From NCBI GenBank assembly GCA_045863335.1, contig BTVY01000037.1, positions 1 to 64,000 on the forward strand: 64,000 bases of DNA, read 5' to 3'. The notes below the pieces were generated by a model. The model ran no database searches. It was not told where the DNA came from and saw only the letters and a list, made by a program, of their open reading frames with translations. How positions within the stretch are numbered: the first letter of the stretch is position 1; each line of letters opens with the position of its first letter. The translations under genes and the position numbers were made by a program. The stretch is from Candidatus Hydrogenedentota bacterium. Lineage in GTDB: Bacteria > Hydrogenedentota > Hydrogenedentia > Hydrogenedentales > SLHB01. This document shows, one piece after another, positions 7,689-19,362 of the stretch.

Positions 7689-9512
7689 ATGCACTTAAGC
7701 GAAATTCAACTTACTAATTTTCGTTCATTTTCGGAAGAACAGATATCGTTCCAGCGCCGCCTGACGGTGCTGGTTGGAGAGAACAATGGCGGCAAGAGCA
7801 ATATTATCGATGCCATCCGCCTTGTCTCAACACCCTTGAGCGGTCGCCGCGAACTATATTGTGAGCATACGGACATACGATTTGGAACGACCTCTCCCAC
7901 TTTCAGCATCCAAGCCGCATTTGATGAATTGTCGCCGCCCCAACAGGGCAGGCTCCTTTCCGCAACAACCGATGACACATTGAGCAGGGCCACCTTTGGT
8001 GTCACGTACGATGCTTCCGGAAGACGACCGCATGTGCGCCCGAACCTTTGGGCGGGCCGCTTCAAGGCACCGCCGGAACCTGGTGCGCATGAGATGATTC
8101 GCCACGTCTACCTGCCACCGCTACGCGATGCCAAACGCGCACTCGCGTCGGGCAATCCAACGCGGATTTATGCTCTCCTACATCACTTTCTCGGGAACCG
8201 AGATCCCGATGATATTGCTAGAGATCTTGCCCGTGAGAGCGAACATCAAATTCTCAAGGATGTAAACTTGGCTGTGGCTGGAGGTCTGGATGAACTGACC
8301 ACCGGCGTCAGGCAGCAAAACACGAGGTTAGGCTTCAATACCGATGAGAAACTCATCGATATCGCACGCGACTTGCGGTTCAAACTCGCCGATCATGGGA
8401 TCACGCCGGAAGACCTCCGTTATTCCGGTCATGGATTCGCCAATCTGCTCTACATCGCGACGATCGCTGTTGAATTGGAGAAAACGGACAACGCGGAACT
8501 TACCATGTTTCTCGTCGAGGAGCCGGAGGCTCACCTCCATCCGCAGCTTCAATCAGCGGTACTGAGTTTCCTTGAAGAGCGCGCTGGGCAATCTCCCAAG
8601 CAAAATGAAGATCAGAACGCCCCAGCGGGACATTTGCAGGTCATTGTTGCCACGCATTCACCGAACCTGTCCGCTTGGGTTCCGTGCGAAAACCTGGTAG
8701 TTGTCCGTTCCGTTGAGCCGAACGCTCGTTCAAGCAACGATCTGGGTGCAACGGAAGAGGAACAGTCCGATGGTTCGGATACGCGGCAGGCCTTGACGAG
8801 GCCGCGTCCAGAGTCTCGCTGTATACCTCTTTCTAAGCTTGGTTTGAGTGCCCTGGAACGCCGAAAGATTGACCGCTATCTCGATGTGACCAAATCAGCC
8901 GTGCTATTCGGCGGACGCGTTCTTTTAGTCGAAGGAATTGCCGAGGCGTTGTTACTTCCCATAATGGCAAAGTGTCATGTACTCAAGGAAGACCCGCAGG
9001 CCTTGCGCAAATTTCGCTCCACGGCCTTCGTCTACATCGATGGCGTGGACTTCGACCCGTACGTGAGGGCGTTGTTATCAACGGTCGGTGGCGTCCGCAT
9101 CGCCGACCGCCTAGTAATCATTACAGACGGGGACAAACATACTGTCAACGATGGACAACCTCTCCCCGGATTCAGTCGGAAGACAAAGCTGAAGAAGATC
9201 GCCGCCGACGCGGGCGCCCAGGATGTCCTCGATGTCTTGGTGAATACGTACTCACTCGAAACAGAGCTCATCGAAGCCGGCAACGAAGCTTGCCTCAGGG
9301 AAGTCTATCTCGCACTGCATGAGAAATCTGAGGAGAAGTGGGACATCGCTGTAGCAAAAACTGGTCGCGAACGCGCAATAGCTATACAAGGCTTGTTCCA
9401 CAACACGGCCAAAGGCGACTTCGCCCAACTCATCGCAGATAAGATAGCGGACAGCTCGACGTTTTTCGTACCCGAGTACATTCAGAAAGGCATCGAGGCG
9501 CTTGTGAAATGA
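7689..9512 (+). CDS. gajA: OLD-family ATP-dependent nuclease (ABC ATPase + TOPRIM), Gabija GajA-like
   Basis: Walker A GENNGGKS, Walker B/D-loop LVEEPEAHLHP, H-loop ATHS, TOPRIM motifs LVEGIAE and ITDGD, SLETEL. Directly coupled to a UvrD-like gene. Confidence 0.88.
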   Translation: MHLSEIQLTNFRSFSEEQISFQRRLTVLVGENNGGKSNIIDAIRLVSTPLSGRRELYCEHTDIRFGTTSPTFSIQAAFDELSPPQQGRLLSATTDDTLSRATFGVTYDASGRRPHVRPNLWAGRFKAPPEPGAHEMIRHVYLPPLRDAKRALASGNPTRIYALLHHFLGNRDPDDIARDLARESEHQILKDVNLAVAGGLDELTTGVRQQNTRLGFNTDEKLIDIARDLRFKLADHGITPEDLRYSGHGFANLLYIATIAVELEKTDNAELTMFLVEEPEAHLHPQLQSAVLSFLEERAGQSPKQNEDQNAPAGHLQVIVATHSPNLSAWVPCENLVVVRSVEPNARSSNDLGATEEEQSDGSDTRQALTRPRPESRCIPLSKLGLSALERRKIDRYLDVTKSAVLFGGRVLLVEGIAEALLLPIMAKCHVLKEDPQALRKFRSTAFVYIDGVDFDPYVRALLSTVGGVRIADRLVIITDGDKHTVNDGQPLPGFSRKTKLKKIAADAGAQDVLDVLVNTYSLETELIEAGNEACLREVYLALHEKSEEKWDIAVAKTGRERAIAIQGLFHNTAKGDFAQLIADKIADSSTFFVPEYIQKGIEALVK

Positions 9513-11254
9513 GTCCGCACGCGTTTCCTACACCGGAACAGCAAACCGTCATCGAACATGATGGCTCCGCTTTTGTAATGGCGTGTCCCGGTGCTGGCAA
9601 GACGCGGGTTATGGTCGAACGTGCGCGTCGCCTGTTCTCCGATTTACCAGCGGGTTGTGGGGTTGCGTTCTTGTCGTTCACACGTGCGGCGATTTCTGAG
9701 CTTGAGACGCGCCTTCGCAAGGAGCGGATCTTACCGTCGCCCGTCTTTCCAAGCTTTGTCGGAACATTCGATAGTTTCGTCTGGCAATTCCTTGTGGCGC
9801 CGTTTGGCGTCAAGGGCTCTGATGCCCGTCCGCGGTTGATTGCCGATGTGGCGGACCTTGCGGTAACGCCGCCTGGCTATACACACTCCTTGTCGCTTTC
9901 TTGTTTTTGTCGCATGACAGGAATAATCCTCGACAAAGCGGCGAAAGCCCGAGGGTTTGATGTTTCACAAAAACCCATCTACCAGGTTCAGGCTTATGTA
10001 ACAGCAGCTGCGGCACTCCGCGCAGGTTTGCGGGCGCGAGGCTACTTGGGCTTTGATGAAGCGCGTGGCGCGGCACTCGAACGGCTGAAAGATGCAGAAC
10101 AGGGGACCCGTATCGCCGCGGCCCTGGCCGGTCGATTTCGTGAAGTCATTGTTGATGAGGCGCAGGACTGCAATCCGGATGATCTTGAAGTCATTTCATC
10201 GTTTCGAAATTCGGGTCTCTCTGTGAAGGTTATATGCGATCCGCATCAATCTATTTATGGATTCAGAGGGGGGCTCACGGATCAACTTTTCGCGTACGCG
10301 GAAACCTTTCGCGAAGATGAACGTAAGGTGTTGACCGGAAATTTTCGGTCTTCGCCCAGTATCTGCAAAGCTACAGCACAGCTACGCCCTCTCGCGGTGC
10401 GCATCTTGCCTGACGAACCCCTCGGCCGTCACAAGGACGACACAACACCCGTTCGAATCTTCTCATATGGTGGCAATAAGGTACCGGATAAGATCGGCAC
10501 AGTATTCTTCTCATATGTGAAAAGCATGGGTCTCAATCCTGCATCGTGTCCAATCGTTGCCGCCACGAAAGCAAGCGGAGCGGCGGCGGCCGGGCAGCCG
10601 CGCCCAATCGACAGCAGCGTTCGAGCCGTTCGCCTCGCCGAAGCGGTGACAGGATTTCAATTCGCTGCCGGTTTCAATGACATGAAGAGATCGATCGAGC
10701 AGGCCCACATAGTTCTGCTTGAACTGGAGGACCGCCTTGGCAATTTTTCCTACCACCAGTATCTCGCGGAGAATGAGATCGAGCAGGCAAGCTGGCGCCC
10801 TCAGGTCCTTTTCCTGTTGCGTGAACTGCGTTTCGACCCATCAAGACATTCAAATGCCAAGGCCTGGCACACAGCAGCCAAAGACCTGCTAGCGGAACAT
10901 CTCACGCTGAAGAACGAACCTGGACTCTCTCAACGGTTCAAATGGAACAAGAATATCGCAGACGCACTGGTTCCGGTGCCATCTGCGACTGCAATGCCAC
11001 GCACCATACACTCGGTAAAGGGAATGGAGTTTCCGGCAGTTTGTGTCGTTACCACAGCGCGTACTCTCGGACGTATTCTTGACTACCTGGAAACAGGGGA
11101 ACCCGCTGATATGGCGGAGGACACTCGCAAGCTCTACGTAGCGGCTTCGCGGGCGGAAAGATTGCTGGTGATTGCAGCTCCGCGGAGTCAGGCGAACCGG
11201 CTAGCTGCACACTTGCGCGGCCACGGGGCCAAAGTGGAAATTGAGGACATTTAG
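9509..11254 (+). CDS. gajB: UvrD-like SF1 helicase, Gabija GajB-like
   Basis: Motifs ACPGAGKT, IVDEAQD, DPHQSIYGF, NFRS, TIHSVKGMEF, LYVAASRA. Compact (581 aa). ATGA overlap with gajA. Confidence 0.87.
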   Translation: MSPHAFPTPEQQTVIEHDGSAFVMACPGAGKTRVMVERARRLFSDLPAGCGVAFLSFTRAAISELETRLRKERILPSPVFPSFVGTFDSFVWQFLVAPFGVKGSDARPRLIADVADLAVTPPGYTHSLSLSCFCRMTGIILDKAAKARGFDVSQKPIYQVQAYVTAAAALRAGLRARGYLGFDEARGAALERLKDAEQGTRIAAALAGRFREVIVDEAQDCNPDDLEVISSFRNSGLSVKVICDPHQSIYGFRGGLTDQLFAYAETFREDERKVLTGNFRSSPSICKATAQLRPLAVRILPDEPLGRHKDDTTPVRIFSYGGNKVPDKIGTVFFSYVKSMGLNPASCPIVAATKASGAAAAGQPRPIDSSVRAVRLAEAVTGFQFAAGFNDMKRSIEQAHIVLLELEDRLGNFSYHQYLAENEIEQASWRPQVLFLLRELRFDPSRHSNAKAWHTAAKDLLAEHLTLKNEPGLSQRFKWNKNIADALVPVPSATAMPRTIHSVKGMEFPAVCVVTTARTLGRILDYLETGEPADMAEDTRKLYVAASRAERLLVIAAPRSQANRLAAHLRGHGAKVEIEDI

Positions 11255-11292
11255 CCGCTCCCCTCAGCGGCACTAAAGCCAACTCCCCCTAG

Positions 11293-13440
11293 TCACCCCA
11301 CGCGTTCCACCCGCACCGCCTTCAGGTCGATCGCCATCTCCCCCGCAATCTTCGTCGCCCGCACCGTCAGCGTGGCGCGGCCCGGTGCGAGTTCGAGTTG
11401 GCCCATGGGCAACTCGGCCCAGTGCATTTCGTAGACCTCGTTGCGTTCGACGCGGTCTGGGGAGGGGATGGGGGGACGGGGGAAATGAGGAGTGATGAAT
11501 GATGAATGATGAGGCGCGGTCAGGACCTTGGTGAGGCGTTTGGTGACGATTGGTGTCCGGAGACTGGAGTCTGGAGGAAGAGGTGCGGATGGCGTTGGGG
11601 TTGCGTGATCGCGTTGGTAGTCGATTTCGAGGGCGACTTCGGTTCCGAGGGCGGATTCGGGGCTGGTAAACAGGAGGGCGAACGTGTAGGTCCCCGCGCG
11701 GACGATGTCGATATCCCAGGTGACGTGGTCTTCGGGGCTGGTCCAGTTGGTGATCCAGTCGTTGGCCCAACCTTTGTCGCCCGCGAACGTGACGCCGCCG
11801 TGGAGTTGGGCGTCGGGCGCGGGGAGGGTCACGACGGGCATTTGTTCGTAGCCGATGGGAATCGGAATGGGGCCGCCGGCTTCGCGCATCATCTCGTCGT
11901 ACCACCGGTCGTAGGCGGCGCGGAGCTTGGCGGCGACGTCGGGGTGCGACTCGGTGATGTCGGTGGTTTGGCCGGGGTCGGCGTGCATGTCGAAGAGGGT
12001 GTGGCGATCGCGTTCGATGACGAGCCGGTATTGCTGCGTGCGGACGGCGCCGCGGCCTTTCCAGTGGGAGAAGAGCATGCGGTCCGGCCAATCGACGGGT
12101 TCGCCGGTCAGCAGCGGCGCGAGGCTGAGACCATCGAGCGGCCGCGCGGAAGAGGCAGTAGTCTCTGGGACAGCAGGGACACCAGAGACAGCAGAGACGA
12201 GACCTCGTATGTTATCCGGAGAATTCGTGTCAACTCCCGAAGCACCATGCGCCTCGAAGCCGGGAGTACTTGAGTACGTTGTCACTGGTGTCCCTGATGT
12301 CTCTGTTGTCCCTTCACTTTTGCCGGCTTCGAAAGGGGATTGAGGATTGGCCGATCGTTGGGTCGTGGTGGCGTCGACGTTTGCATCATTACTCAAGGCG
12401 CCTCGTTCACGGGCGGGGACGCCCGTGCTCCTTACCGGCACGTCCGCAAGTTCGGCGAGGGTGGGCAGGAGATCGATCGCGGCGGCGATGGGTTTGACCT
12501 CGGTGCCGGGCGGGATGTGGCCGGGCCAGCGCATGAACAGCGCGTTGCGGACGCCGCCTTCGTGAACGGATCCTTTCCGGCCGAGCATGCCGCCGTTGTA
12601 GCGTTCGCTGTTGGGGCCGTTGTCGCCGAAGAACACGACGATGGTGTCGTCCGCGAGGCCGTGGGATTCGAGGCGGTCGAGCAGACGGCCCACGTTGTCG
12701 TCGATGCTTTTGACCATGCCGTACACGCAGGCAAGCGTGTCGTCGAGCCCCTGTTCCTTGAAGGGATCGAAGTAGCGGTCCGGCACCTGGAAGGGCGAAT
12801 GGGGCGTGTTGTAGGGCACGTAACAGAAGAAGGGCGCGTCCGCGTGGGCGTCGATGAAATCGAGGGCCGCGTCGGTCACCACGTCGTTGATGTAGCCCTT
12901 GGTCTCGACGGGATTGCCGTTGCGTTCGAGGGTGGTGTCGAAATAGTTGTTCCAGTGGCCCGCGCAGAATCCGAAGAACTCGTCAAACCCCTGGCCGTTG
13001 GGATGATTGGGATACTGCGCCCCGTTGTGCCATTTGCCGAAACAGCCGGTCGCGTAGCCCGCGTCTTTGAGGACCTCCGCGAGGGTGCGTTCTTCGCTGC
13101 GCATGACTTCTTCGCGGTGGGTGACGCCGTCGACGCCGGTGCGGAGGTAGTAGCGTCCCGTGAGGAACGCGGCGCGGGTCGGCGCGCACACGGGGCTCAC
13201 GTAGAACCGGTCAAACCGCGCGCCTTCCGACGCAAGGCGATCGAGCACCGGCGTGACGATAGTGTCGTTGCCGTGGGAATGGATGTCGCCCCAGCCCTGG
13301 TCGTCCGTGAGGATGACGAGGATGTTCGGACGCCGCGCGGATTCGGCGGCGCGGGCGATCGGCGCTCCGCACAAGGCAGCCGTGCCCAGCGCCACGCGTC
13401 CAAGAAACGCGCGGCGGTTGAGAAGGTCTACACTAGTCAA
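11293..13440 (-). CDS. Tat-exported Cys-type arylsulfatase (S1 family) with in-frame low-complexity insertions
   Basis: Tat motif NRRAFL. PNILVILTDDQG, CAPTRAAFLTG, GKWHNG, GDNG, EGGVR motifs. ~90-aa insert before RPLDGLSL. Confidence 0.92.
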   Translation of the reverse strand: MTSVDLLNRRAFLGRVALGTAALCGAPIARAAESARRPNILVILTDDQGWGDIHSHGNDTIVTPVLDRLASEGARFDRFYVSPVCAPTRAAFLTGRYYLRTGVDGVTHREEVMRSEERTLAEVLKDAGYATGCFGKWHNGAQYPNHPNGQGFDEFFGFCAGHWNNYFDTTLERNGNPVETKGYINDVVTDAALDFIDAHADAPFFCYVPYNTPHSPFQVPDRYFDPFKEQGLDDTLACVYGMVKSIDDNVGRLLDRLESHGLADDTIVVFFGDNGPNSERYNGGMLGRKGSVHEGGVRNALFMRWPGHIPPGTEVKPIAAAIDLLPTLAELADVPVRSTGVPARERGALSNDANVDATTTQRSANPQSPFEAGKSEGTTETSGTPVTTYSSTPGFEAHGASGVDTNSPDNIRGLVSAVSGVPAVPETTASSARPLDGLSLAPLLTGEPVDWPDRMLFSHWKGRGAVRTQQYRLVIERDRHTLFDMHADPGQTTDITESHPDVAAKLRAAYDRWYDEMMREAGGPIPIPIGYEQMPVVTLPAPDAQLHGGVTFAGDKGWANDWITNWTSPEDHVTWDIDIVRAGTYTFALLFTSPESALGTEVALEIDYQRDHATPTPSAPLPPDSSLRTPIVTKRLTKVLTAPHHSSFITPHFPRPPIPSPDRVERNEVYEMHWAELPMGQLELAPGRATLTVRATKIAGEMAIDLKAVRVERVG

Positions 13441-13484
13441 CGTCGTTGGTTCCCTTTCACGTCTTCAATGCCGCAGGGCTTTCT

Positions 13485-13603
13485 GAGGTGGCATGGCCTT
13501 CCAGGCCATGATTCGAGGTGTCATCGCCTTCCAGGCGATGACTTAAGAGTCTCATGGGCAGGATGCCCATGAGACCACGGGCTGGAAGCCCGTGCCACCT
13601 CGA
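13485..13603. repeat. REP-like palindrome cluster, same family as 2846-3030
   Basis: GAGGTGGCATGGCCTTCCAGGCCATG, CATGGGCAGGATGCCCATG, CACGGGCTGGAAGCCCGTGCCACCTC. Confidence 0.8.
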
Positions 13604-13688
13604 AGAGCGCGCCCACAGCTATTCGAATTCATCCACGAGCGCCGCTCGCTTCTACAAGTTCCCACTCCCAATTCCCATTCATCATTCA

Positions 13689-15077
<1,389 letters not shown>

Positions 15078-15181
15078 ATCGATGGCTCCTCGCCCCAACG
15101 CCCTCAGAAGTTTCAGTATAACGGACCGATGCTTGAAGACAAGCAGTTTCAGTCAAACGTGCCTCAGTCGAACGGTTCTCA

Positions 15182-15407
15182 TCTGGCCCAACGGGCCTGC
15201 ATACTCTTAGCCCCAGGTTGCTCCGACCGACGGGAGGAGCTACCTGGGGATCTGAGCACCCGTAAAACCAAACTTACCCTGAAGGGGTTAAACATGCACT
15301 ATGTATCTCTTTCAGAGAATCACGAGAACACATTGCTGAGTACCCCGGCTAGGCCTTGCTTCGCGGCGGCCAAACCGGGGCTGAGCGTATCTAGGCCCGT
15401 TGGGCCA
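15182..15407. repeat. Apparently complete ~225-bp element with terminal inverted repeats
   Basis: TGGCCCAACGGGCCT at the left end and AGGCCCGTTGGGCCA at the right end. The left end matches the copies at 6571, 7034 and 7150. Confidence 0.75.
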
Positions 15408-15557
15408 CTGCGGCGCCTCGGCGGCGCCGTTCACTGCCGATCCCGATCAGCCGTCGGTAGAACCAGTCCGACAAGTCGTTGATCCCGCCCGGGCGAGGCT
15501 CTACAATCGGAGTCCTGCTGCGAGGGTTGTGTTGAACTGCTGGAGCGATGATTCCTC

Positions 15558-16010
15558 ATGGGCCAATTGGAAGATCAGGTGAAGCGCCTTTCGGTGTTGC
15601 TGGAATTGGCGGACCCCTTGCGGGAACGGGTTGCGGCGACGCTGCTGCGGATCTCGACGTTCTCGAACATGGAACCGGGCGACGTGCTGTACACGGAAGG
15701 CGACGCGCGTGCCGGCGACGGGTTCGTGCTGCTGCAAGGCGAAGTGACCGTGCGCAAGTCGGACGGATTCGAGGCCCGCGTGCAGGCGCCCGCGCTGCTG
15801 GGCGAGATGCAGCAGTTTCACCTCGAAGACGAGGAGAAACGGTTCGCCAGCGTCATCGCGGGCCAGAACGTCGCCGTCCTCCACTTCGACTGGCAGGAAT
15901 TCTACCAAGCGCTCGAAGCAGACATCTCCCCCGACGACCAGACCCACGTCCGCGACGCCCTCCGCAACCAGGCCTGGATGCACTACCTCGAAATCGACGA
16001 CGAGATCTGA
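15558..16010 (+). CDS. Stand-alone cyclic nucleotide-binding domain protein
   Basis: PGDVLYTEGD...FVLLQGEVTV...LLGEM...RFASVIA matches the cNMP-binding fold. No HTH. Confidence 0.8.
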   Translation: MGQLEDQVKRLSVLLELADPLRERVAATLLRISTFSNMEPGDVLYTEGDARAGDGFVLLQGEVTVRKSDGFEARVQAPALLGEMQQFHLEDEEKRFASVIAGQNVAVLHFDWQEFYQALEADISPDDQTHVRDALRNQAWMHYLEIDDEI

Positions 16011-16030
16011 GGCGCGCTTTTCACTTCCAT

Positions 16031-17953
16031 CTACTCCACATCCTTCACGCAGCGGAATCCGCTGTTGTAATTCCCGGTCGTGTTTGGCGGGAGATAGTAG
16101 CGGTGGGTGGTGCGCATCATGGCGAGGTCGTTGAAGTTTGAACCGCCGCGCATGACCTTGTTCTTCTCGCCGTACTCGTCGCAGGAAACCGGATTGCCTT
16201 CGTAGGGTTGATACCAGCTTGAGGTCCATTCGTAGGCGCTGCCGGCCATGTCGTAGCAGCCGTAGGGGCTCGTTGGATTCGCGATGGTTTCGCCGCGGCC
16301 GATGGACCGGTCGTACGCGATGAAGGTCGGATCATAGGTGTCGCCCCAGGGATAAAGGCGGCCGTCGATGCCGCGCGCGGCTTTCTCCCATTCGGCTTCG
16401 GTGGGGAGGCGTTTGCCCATAGCCGCGGCGTAGGCGTCCGCCTGCTCCCAAGTGACCACAGCGGGGAAGTTTTCCTTGCCCTCGGGATACGAGTAGTTCG
16501 GGTCGAACTTCTTGAAGTCGGCGTGGCTCACCTCGTACGCGTCGATGAAGAAAGCGCCGGTCGTGGCGACGTGTTGCGGCGACTCGTCGGGGTCGCCGAA
16601 GTCGCTTCCCATAATGAAGGGTCCGGCGGGCACGTAAACCATGCCTTCCGGCGCGGCGGGATCGTTGGACGGCTCGGGGTTGGCTTCTTTCCACGCGTAG
16701 GTGCCGACTTGGGGCTCCGGTGCCGCTTCCGGGCCATCGACAAAGCCGTAGTGGCGCGCGAACCAGTAGTTCCTGATTACATCCACGTTAATCTCTTCCT
16801 CCAGAGATTCCATGGTCTTTGAACCATCCGGCGTCGGAACGGTAAAGGTCTTCATCTCACGCCGGCCGGGCCACATGCCGTCAATCTCTCCGCGGACTTT
16901 CTCGTCGATGACCACATCGCCGGTCAACACTTCGTAAAGCATGAAGTAGTACGGCACCGCGCCGTACTCGAATCCCAACCGCTTCCACGAAAACAGATGG
17001 CGATTCAACGCCATGCGATACTTGGTCAGCAAAGTCGGATCGGTCTCGTACCGCAGCAACATCCAATACGACTTGGCCGCAAGGTTGTCGTCCCATGGCA
17101 CCGCCCACTCGTCGGGCCACAAGACCTTGGCCATGATGGCTTGATCGTCGTAGTGATGCGTCTTGATCAGCTTGTTGTAGGCGGCACGGTAGCGTTCTTT
17201 GCCCGTCATGCGGTGCGCGGTCTTCAATCCCGCGAGCATCTCGAGGGCGTTCAGGTTCTCGTGTGGCAGGTCGGGACAGAAGTTGCCCCACAACGTCATC
17301 TTGCCATCGAGATCCACGAGTTTGAAGTTGTTGTCCACACAACGGCCAATGAAGCGGTCGAGAAAGTCCGCCGCGATTTGCCGGTGCTTCTCGTCCGCGC
17401 AGATCTCCCAATAGGTGCCGACGCCGTAGAAGAGATCGACAAACTTGTCACTGCTGAGATCGCCTACCCAGCGATAGCCCGGCATGGACGACGAATCGTG
17501 CCATTCATTGGAAAAGAAGTAGGCCTGTTCGTGCCACAAGGGCTCGTCGGTCTTGTAAAAACCGCGCGCAACCAACCCCGGCACGCCGGTTACCCGCTCG
17601 AGGGTGAGAATGCCTTCCATGAGTTCGTCGGCCAGCTTGCGATGCCGGGGGTCCTGCGTAACCGCGTACCGGTGCGAATACCCCGCGAGGAGCACGGCGG
17701 TGCGGCCGCAAACATCTTCGTGGTTCCCTGTTATAGGCCGCTTCTCTCCGGCGGGTGGGAAGATCACCTGCGTCTGAATGACGCCTTCGTTCCAATGACG
17801 CTCGCGGAGAATCTCATCGAACCGCTCGATACGATCGCCGAGAGGAGCTTCGCGGGACGGGAACCCGCCGTCCTCTTCTGCGATAGCGTTCGACACGCCT
17901 GAAGCAAGCAACGCGATGAACAGGACGCGCTTGAACATGTGATGGTACGGCAT
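16031..17953 (-). CDS. Secreted protein: helical-barrel glycosidase-like N-terminal domain + C-terminal FGE-sulfatase (SUMF1-like) domain
   Basis: Signal peptide. C-terminus GMVYVPAGPFIMGS, RLPTEAEWEKAARG, SPYGCYDMAG, GFRCV. The N-terminal domain call is tentative. Confidence 0.75.
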   Translation of the reverse strand: MPYHHMFKRVLFIALLASGVSNAIAEEDGGFPSREAPLGDRIERFDEILRERHWNEGVIQTQVIFPPAGEKRPITGNHEDVCGRTAVLLAGYSHRYAVTQDPRHRKLADELMEGILTLERVTGVPGLVARGFYKTDEPLWHEQAYFFSNEWHDSSSMPGYRWVGDLSSDKFVDLFYGVGTYWEICADEKHRQIAADFLDRFIGRCVDNNFKLVDLDGKMTLWGNFCPDLPHENLNALEMLAGLKTAHRMTGKERYRAAYNKLIKTHHYDDQAIMAKVLWPDEWAVPWDDNLAAKSYWMLLRYETDPTLLTKYRMALNRHLFSWKRLGFEYGAVPYYFMLYEVLTGDVVIDEKVRGEIDGMWPGRREMKTFTVPTPDGSKTMESLEEEINVDVIRNYWFARHYGFVDGPEAAPEPQVGTYAWKEANPEPSNDPAAPEGMVYVPAGPFIMGSDFGDPDESPQHVATTGAFFIDAYEVSHADFKKFDPNYSYPEGKENFPAVVTWEQADAYAAAMGKRLPTEAEWEKAARGIDGRLYPWGDTYDPTFIAYDRSIGRGETIANPTSPYGCYDMAGSAYEWTSSWYQPYEGNPVSCDEYGEKNKVMRGGSNFNDLAMMRTTHRYYLPPNTTGNYNSGFRCVKDVE

Positions 17954-18084
17954 TGGTCAATACTCCTCGAACCCCGCGAGCGCGGGTACACAACCCAGAG
18001 ATGCAGTATAGGCCGTGCCGTTGGCGGCCTGCAATGGGGCGGGTGAAATTGAGAACGAACACGGACAACCGCCGACGTAAAAGA

Positions 18085-18257
18085 GCGGACTAGTAGTCCT
18101 TCTTGTAACGGATGCCGACGCCGCTGCCGCCTTCGGCGCCGGCGCGGCCTTCGACGGAGAGTTCGGGCGTGATCTGATATTCGACGCGGCCCTGACTGCT
18201 TTCGTCTTTGAGGCCGCGCTCGATCTCGACGTAGACATCGTCGCTGAGGTATTTGCC
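18085..18257 (-). repeat. 173-bp direct repeat: orphan copy of the tamB 3' end (left island boundary)
   Basis: Matches 25081-25253 with one mismatch seen (synonymous CGT/CGC). Encodes GKYLSDDVYVEIERG...GIRYKKDY* with no start of its own. Confidence 0.93.
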
Positions 18258-18269
18258 TCTATGCCGACG

Positions 18270-19334
18270 CTAACTTGCAAACACGCGGATGTGGCGCGGG
18301 CGAACGTAAACGATGCTGCCCGTATTAAGAAGCATAGTGGCAAAACGCTCTTGGGAGACTTCCGCAGCGAGGTGCTGTCCATCGTCGGTGAGAAGTTCGA
18401 CGCGAACGAGCGGTCCGGCGGACTGGATGCGTGACACTTCGGCCTGCAACGACGGCATGCCCTTGGGTTGTGTGTCGATTGTCAGATCGTGAGGACGCAC
18501 GAAGACGCGCGCGTCGCCAAGTATCTGCTGGCGGTCTTCGGGATAAGGCAGTTGGAGCGACCCAAACTGAACCGTTCCCTCGTCCACCCGGCCGTGGAAG
18601 TCGTTGGTTTCCCCGAGAAACCGCATGACGAATTCGGTCGCCGGATGGTGAAATACCTCGTCCGGCGTGCCCACTTGCTCGATACGTCCCGCGTTCATCA
18701 CGACGATGCGGTCGGCGACTTCGAGCGCCTCATCCTGATCGTGAGTAACGAAGACGCTGGTAACATGAATCTCATCGTGAAGCCGGCGCAGCCACGCGCG
18801 GAGTTCCTTGCGCACCTTAGCGTCCAGCGCGCCAAAGGGTTCATCGAGAAGCAGAACCCTCGGCTCGACCGCCAGCGCGCGGGCGAGGGCGACCCGCTGG
18901 CGCTGTCCTCCGGACAACTGATGCGGGTAGCGCTTCGCAAGGCCTTCGAGCTGCACGAGGCGCAACAGGGTTTGGACGCGCTCGCGGATCTCGTCCCTGC
19001 GGGGACGGTTCCGTCGCGGCAAGACGCGAAGGCCGAAGGCGACATTCTCAAAAACGCTCATGTGCCGGAACAGAGCGTAGTGCTGAAAGACGAAACCCAC
19101 ACGGCGTCTTCCGACGGTCACCCGCGCGACGTCCTCCTCGTGGAACCGGATTTGGGTTCCGGGATCGGCGTCGGGGATTTCGAGTCCCGCGATGATGCGC
19201 AGCAGCGTGGTCTTGCCGGATCCCGACGGTCCAAGCAACGCGACCAACTCGCCTGCGCCCACCGTGAGCGATACGTTGTCAAGCGCCTTGAAGGCGCCAA
19301 AACTCTTCGATACATTCGTAACTTCGATACTCAT
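18270..19334 (-). CDS. cysA: Sulfate/thiosulfate ABC transporter ATP-binding protein
   Basis: [54 protein letters not shown]-terminal TOBE. Start MSIEV after GGAGGAG. Confidence 0.95.
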   Translation of the reverse strand: MSIEVTNVSKSFGAFKALDNVSLTVGAGELVALLGPSGSGKTTLLRIIAGLEIPDADPGTQIRFHEEDVARVTVGRRRVGFVFQHYALFRHMSVFENVAFGLRVLPRRNRPRRDEIRERVQTLLRLVQLEGLAKRYPHQLSGGQRQRVALARALAVEPRVLLLDEPFGALDAKVRKELRAWLRRLHDEIHVTSVFVTHDQDEALEVADRIVVMNAGRIEQVGTPDEVFHHPATEFVMRFLGETNDFHGRVDEGTVQFGSLQLPYPEDRQQILGDARVFVRPHDLTIDTQPKGMPSLQAEVSRIQSAGPLVRVELLTDDGQHLAAEVSQERFATMLLNTGSIVYVRPRHIRVFAS

Positions 19335-19362
19335 TCCATGTCTCCTCCCCGCGTGGGGTCGT

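Noticed and set aside
16031-16700. FGE domain as the sulfatase-maturating enzyme
   Set aside because: The catalytic Cys pair of true FGE is missing, and the domain is fused to a large secreted domain.
17957-18382. 141-aa ORF across the island boundary
   Set aside because: Alternative-frame reading of the cysA end plus the duplicated tamB fragment.
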